A stretch of 62,459 nucleotides of DNA, filler included, from Hausera hauseri (taxonomy: Eukaryota), in NCBI GenBank assembly GCA_046269625.1. It is 12 parts of 12 records of this genome, joined end to end, with 100 filler letters (N's around TTAATTAATTAA, not from the genome) between each part and the next. Parts side by side here need not be neighbours in the genome. Positions count along the whole stretch, not along the records: positions 58,129 to 62,459 come from JBJURY010632219.1; 11 more parts are not named here. The stretch is one strand, 5' to 3'. Under the pieces are notes generated by a model. It was not told the DNA's origin. It was given only the letters and a program-made list of their open reading frames with translations, and did no database searches. Positions 61,531 through 62,459 of this stretch are shown in pieces; position 1 is the stretch's first letter, and every line of letters begins with the position of its first letter. A program made the translations under genes and the position numbers.

Positions 61531-62459
61531 CCTCTATAATGCTGCAGCATCAACTGACCGCTGTCTTTGACTTTTTGTTGGAGCCGCTACGCCTGATACG
61601 CCTGATGCGCCTAATGCATGTTTTAGTCCTGCATCTAGCTTTACTGTAGGCTGTGGTACTGCAGGCTGTAGTACTGCAGGCTGTGCAACTGGCTTATCTT
61701 CATTAAAGATTATCTTCTTTGACTTTGATGCGAAGTCAGTCAAATGATGTCTTTTATATTCATAAAACTGTATGTATTCTCCATCACATGTAGCCTCATA
61801 TCCTGGGCAAATATAATAGATGATCCTATTGAATTTGTGTCCATAATTGCTCCTCATGGTATTGTGGCAATTCTGAGAGTTGTATATTGCACATGTGCAA
61901 TGCAAATATGAACGACATCTTTGATTTTCGTTTGGCACGAAAGTCATTATTAACATATTGGTACTGACTTGGTGAAGGAAATCAGGTGCTTTTTATGGAC
62001 ATTGTAAAAGTCTTTATAATTGGTTTGGAACACGACCTCACATGTAGGCCATATATAATACTGAACCCTGTTGTAAATATGGCTAAAGCATTTCATCATA
62101 ATACTGTGGCAATTTTCAGACTCATGGATTTAAGCCAGGCATTCTTTGTAAAGTTTGAACATCTAAAAGTCAACAAATTATTTGAGGAGAACAACTAAAA
62201 TACTCACCATTCGTTGAAGTGATTTTGAAAATAATGAAAAATATAGCTACATCACCATGTACTTCCCAGATTATTGATCGTTTTTAAAGCACTTTTGTCT
62301 TAATGCATAAATTAAATTAAATACAAGGCGGCGCCAAATTTAAGTTTTTCGACCACGGGATTCAAATTACGTCATTAGATTCTTCGAATAATGCATTCTT
62401 GATCGAATATTCGAGTTAGAATAGCTAATTATTCGACTTGTAAGCTCGAATTCGAATAT

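Overview
This is animal genomic DNA, and it is not one locus. Twelve unrelated 4-7 kb contigs are joined by an artificial 100-bp spacer (44 N + TTAATTAATTAA + 44 N), so adjacency across spacers means nothing. It contains host genes or fragments (GTF3C2-like, SF3B6, RYamide/luqin-type GPCR, dynein light chain LC8, UBA1, DNAAF5, TBC1D25, ZNF341, ANKRD11/12, SET) and many transposons: degenerate Ty3/gypsy copies, a DD37D element, an intact SPIN/Buster-like hAT, a hATm relic, a MITE and a Polinton-type pPolB relic. The main candidate novel system is an LTR retroelement family seen in two diverged copies (1-5780 minus; 54911-58028 plus, with LTR and PBS). Its Ty3/gypsy-type Gag is not followed by protease/RT. 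It runs instead into about 1,200 aa of unknown protein (RS motif, coiled coils, ubiquitin-like domain, AT-hook), then an internal signal-like segment and a chuvirus-like envelope glycoprotein. A gag-less PR-RT-RH-IN pol (45736-49073) and a catalytically degenerate REX4/ISG20-like exonuclease in a similar degraded ORF (about 43690-44190) may be the missing parts. That link is inference across unlinked contigs. All family assignments come from motif recognition by eye; no searches were run.
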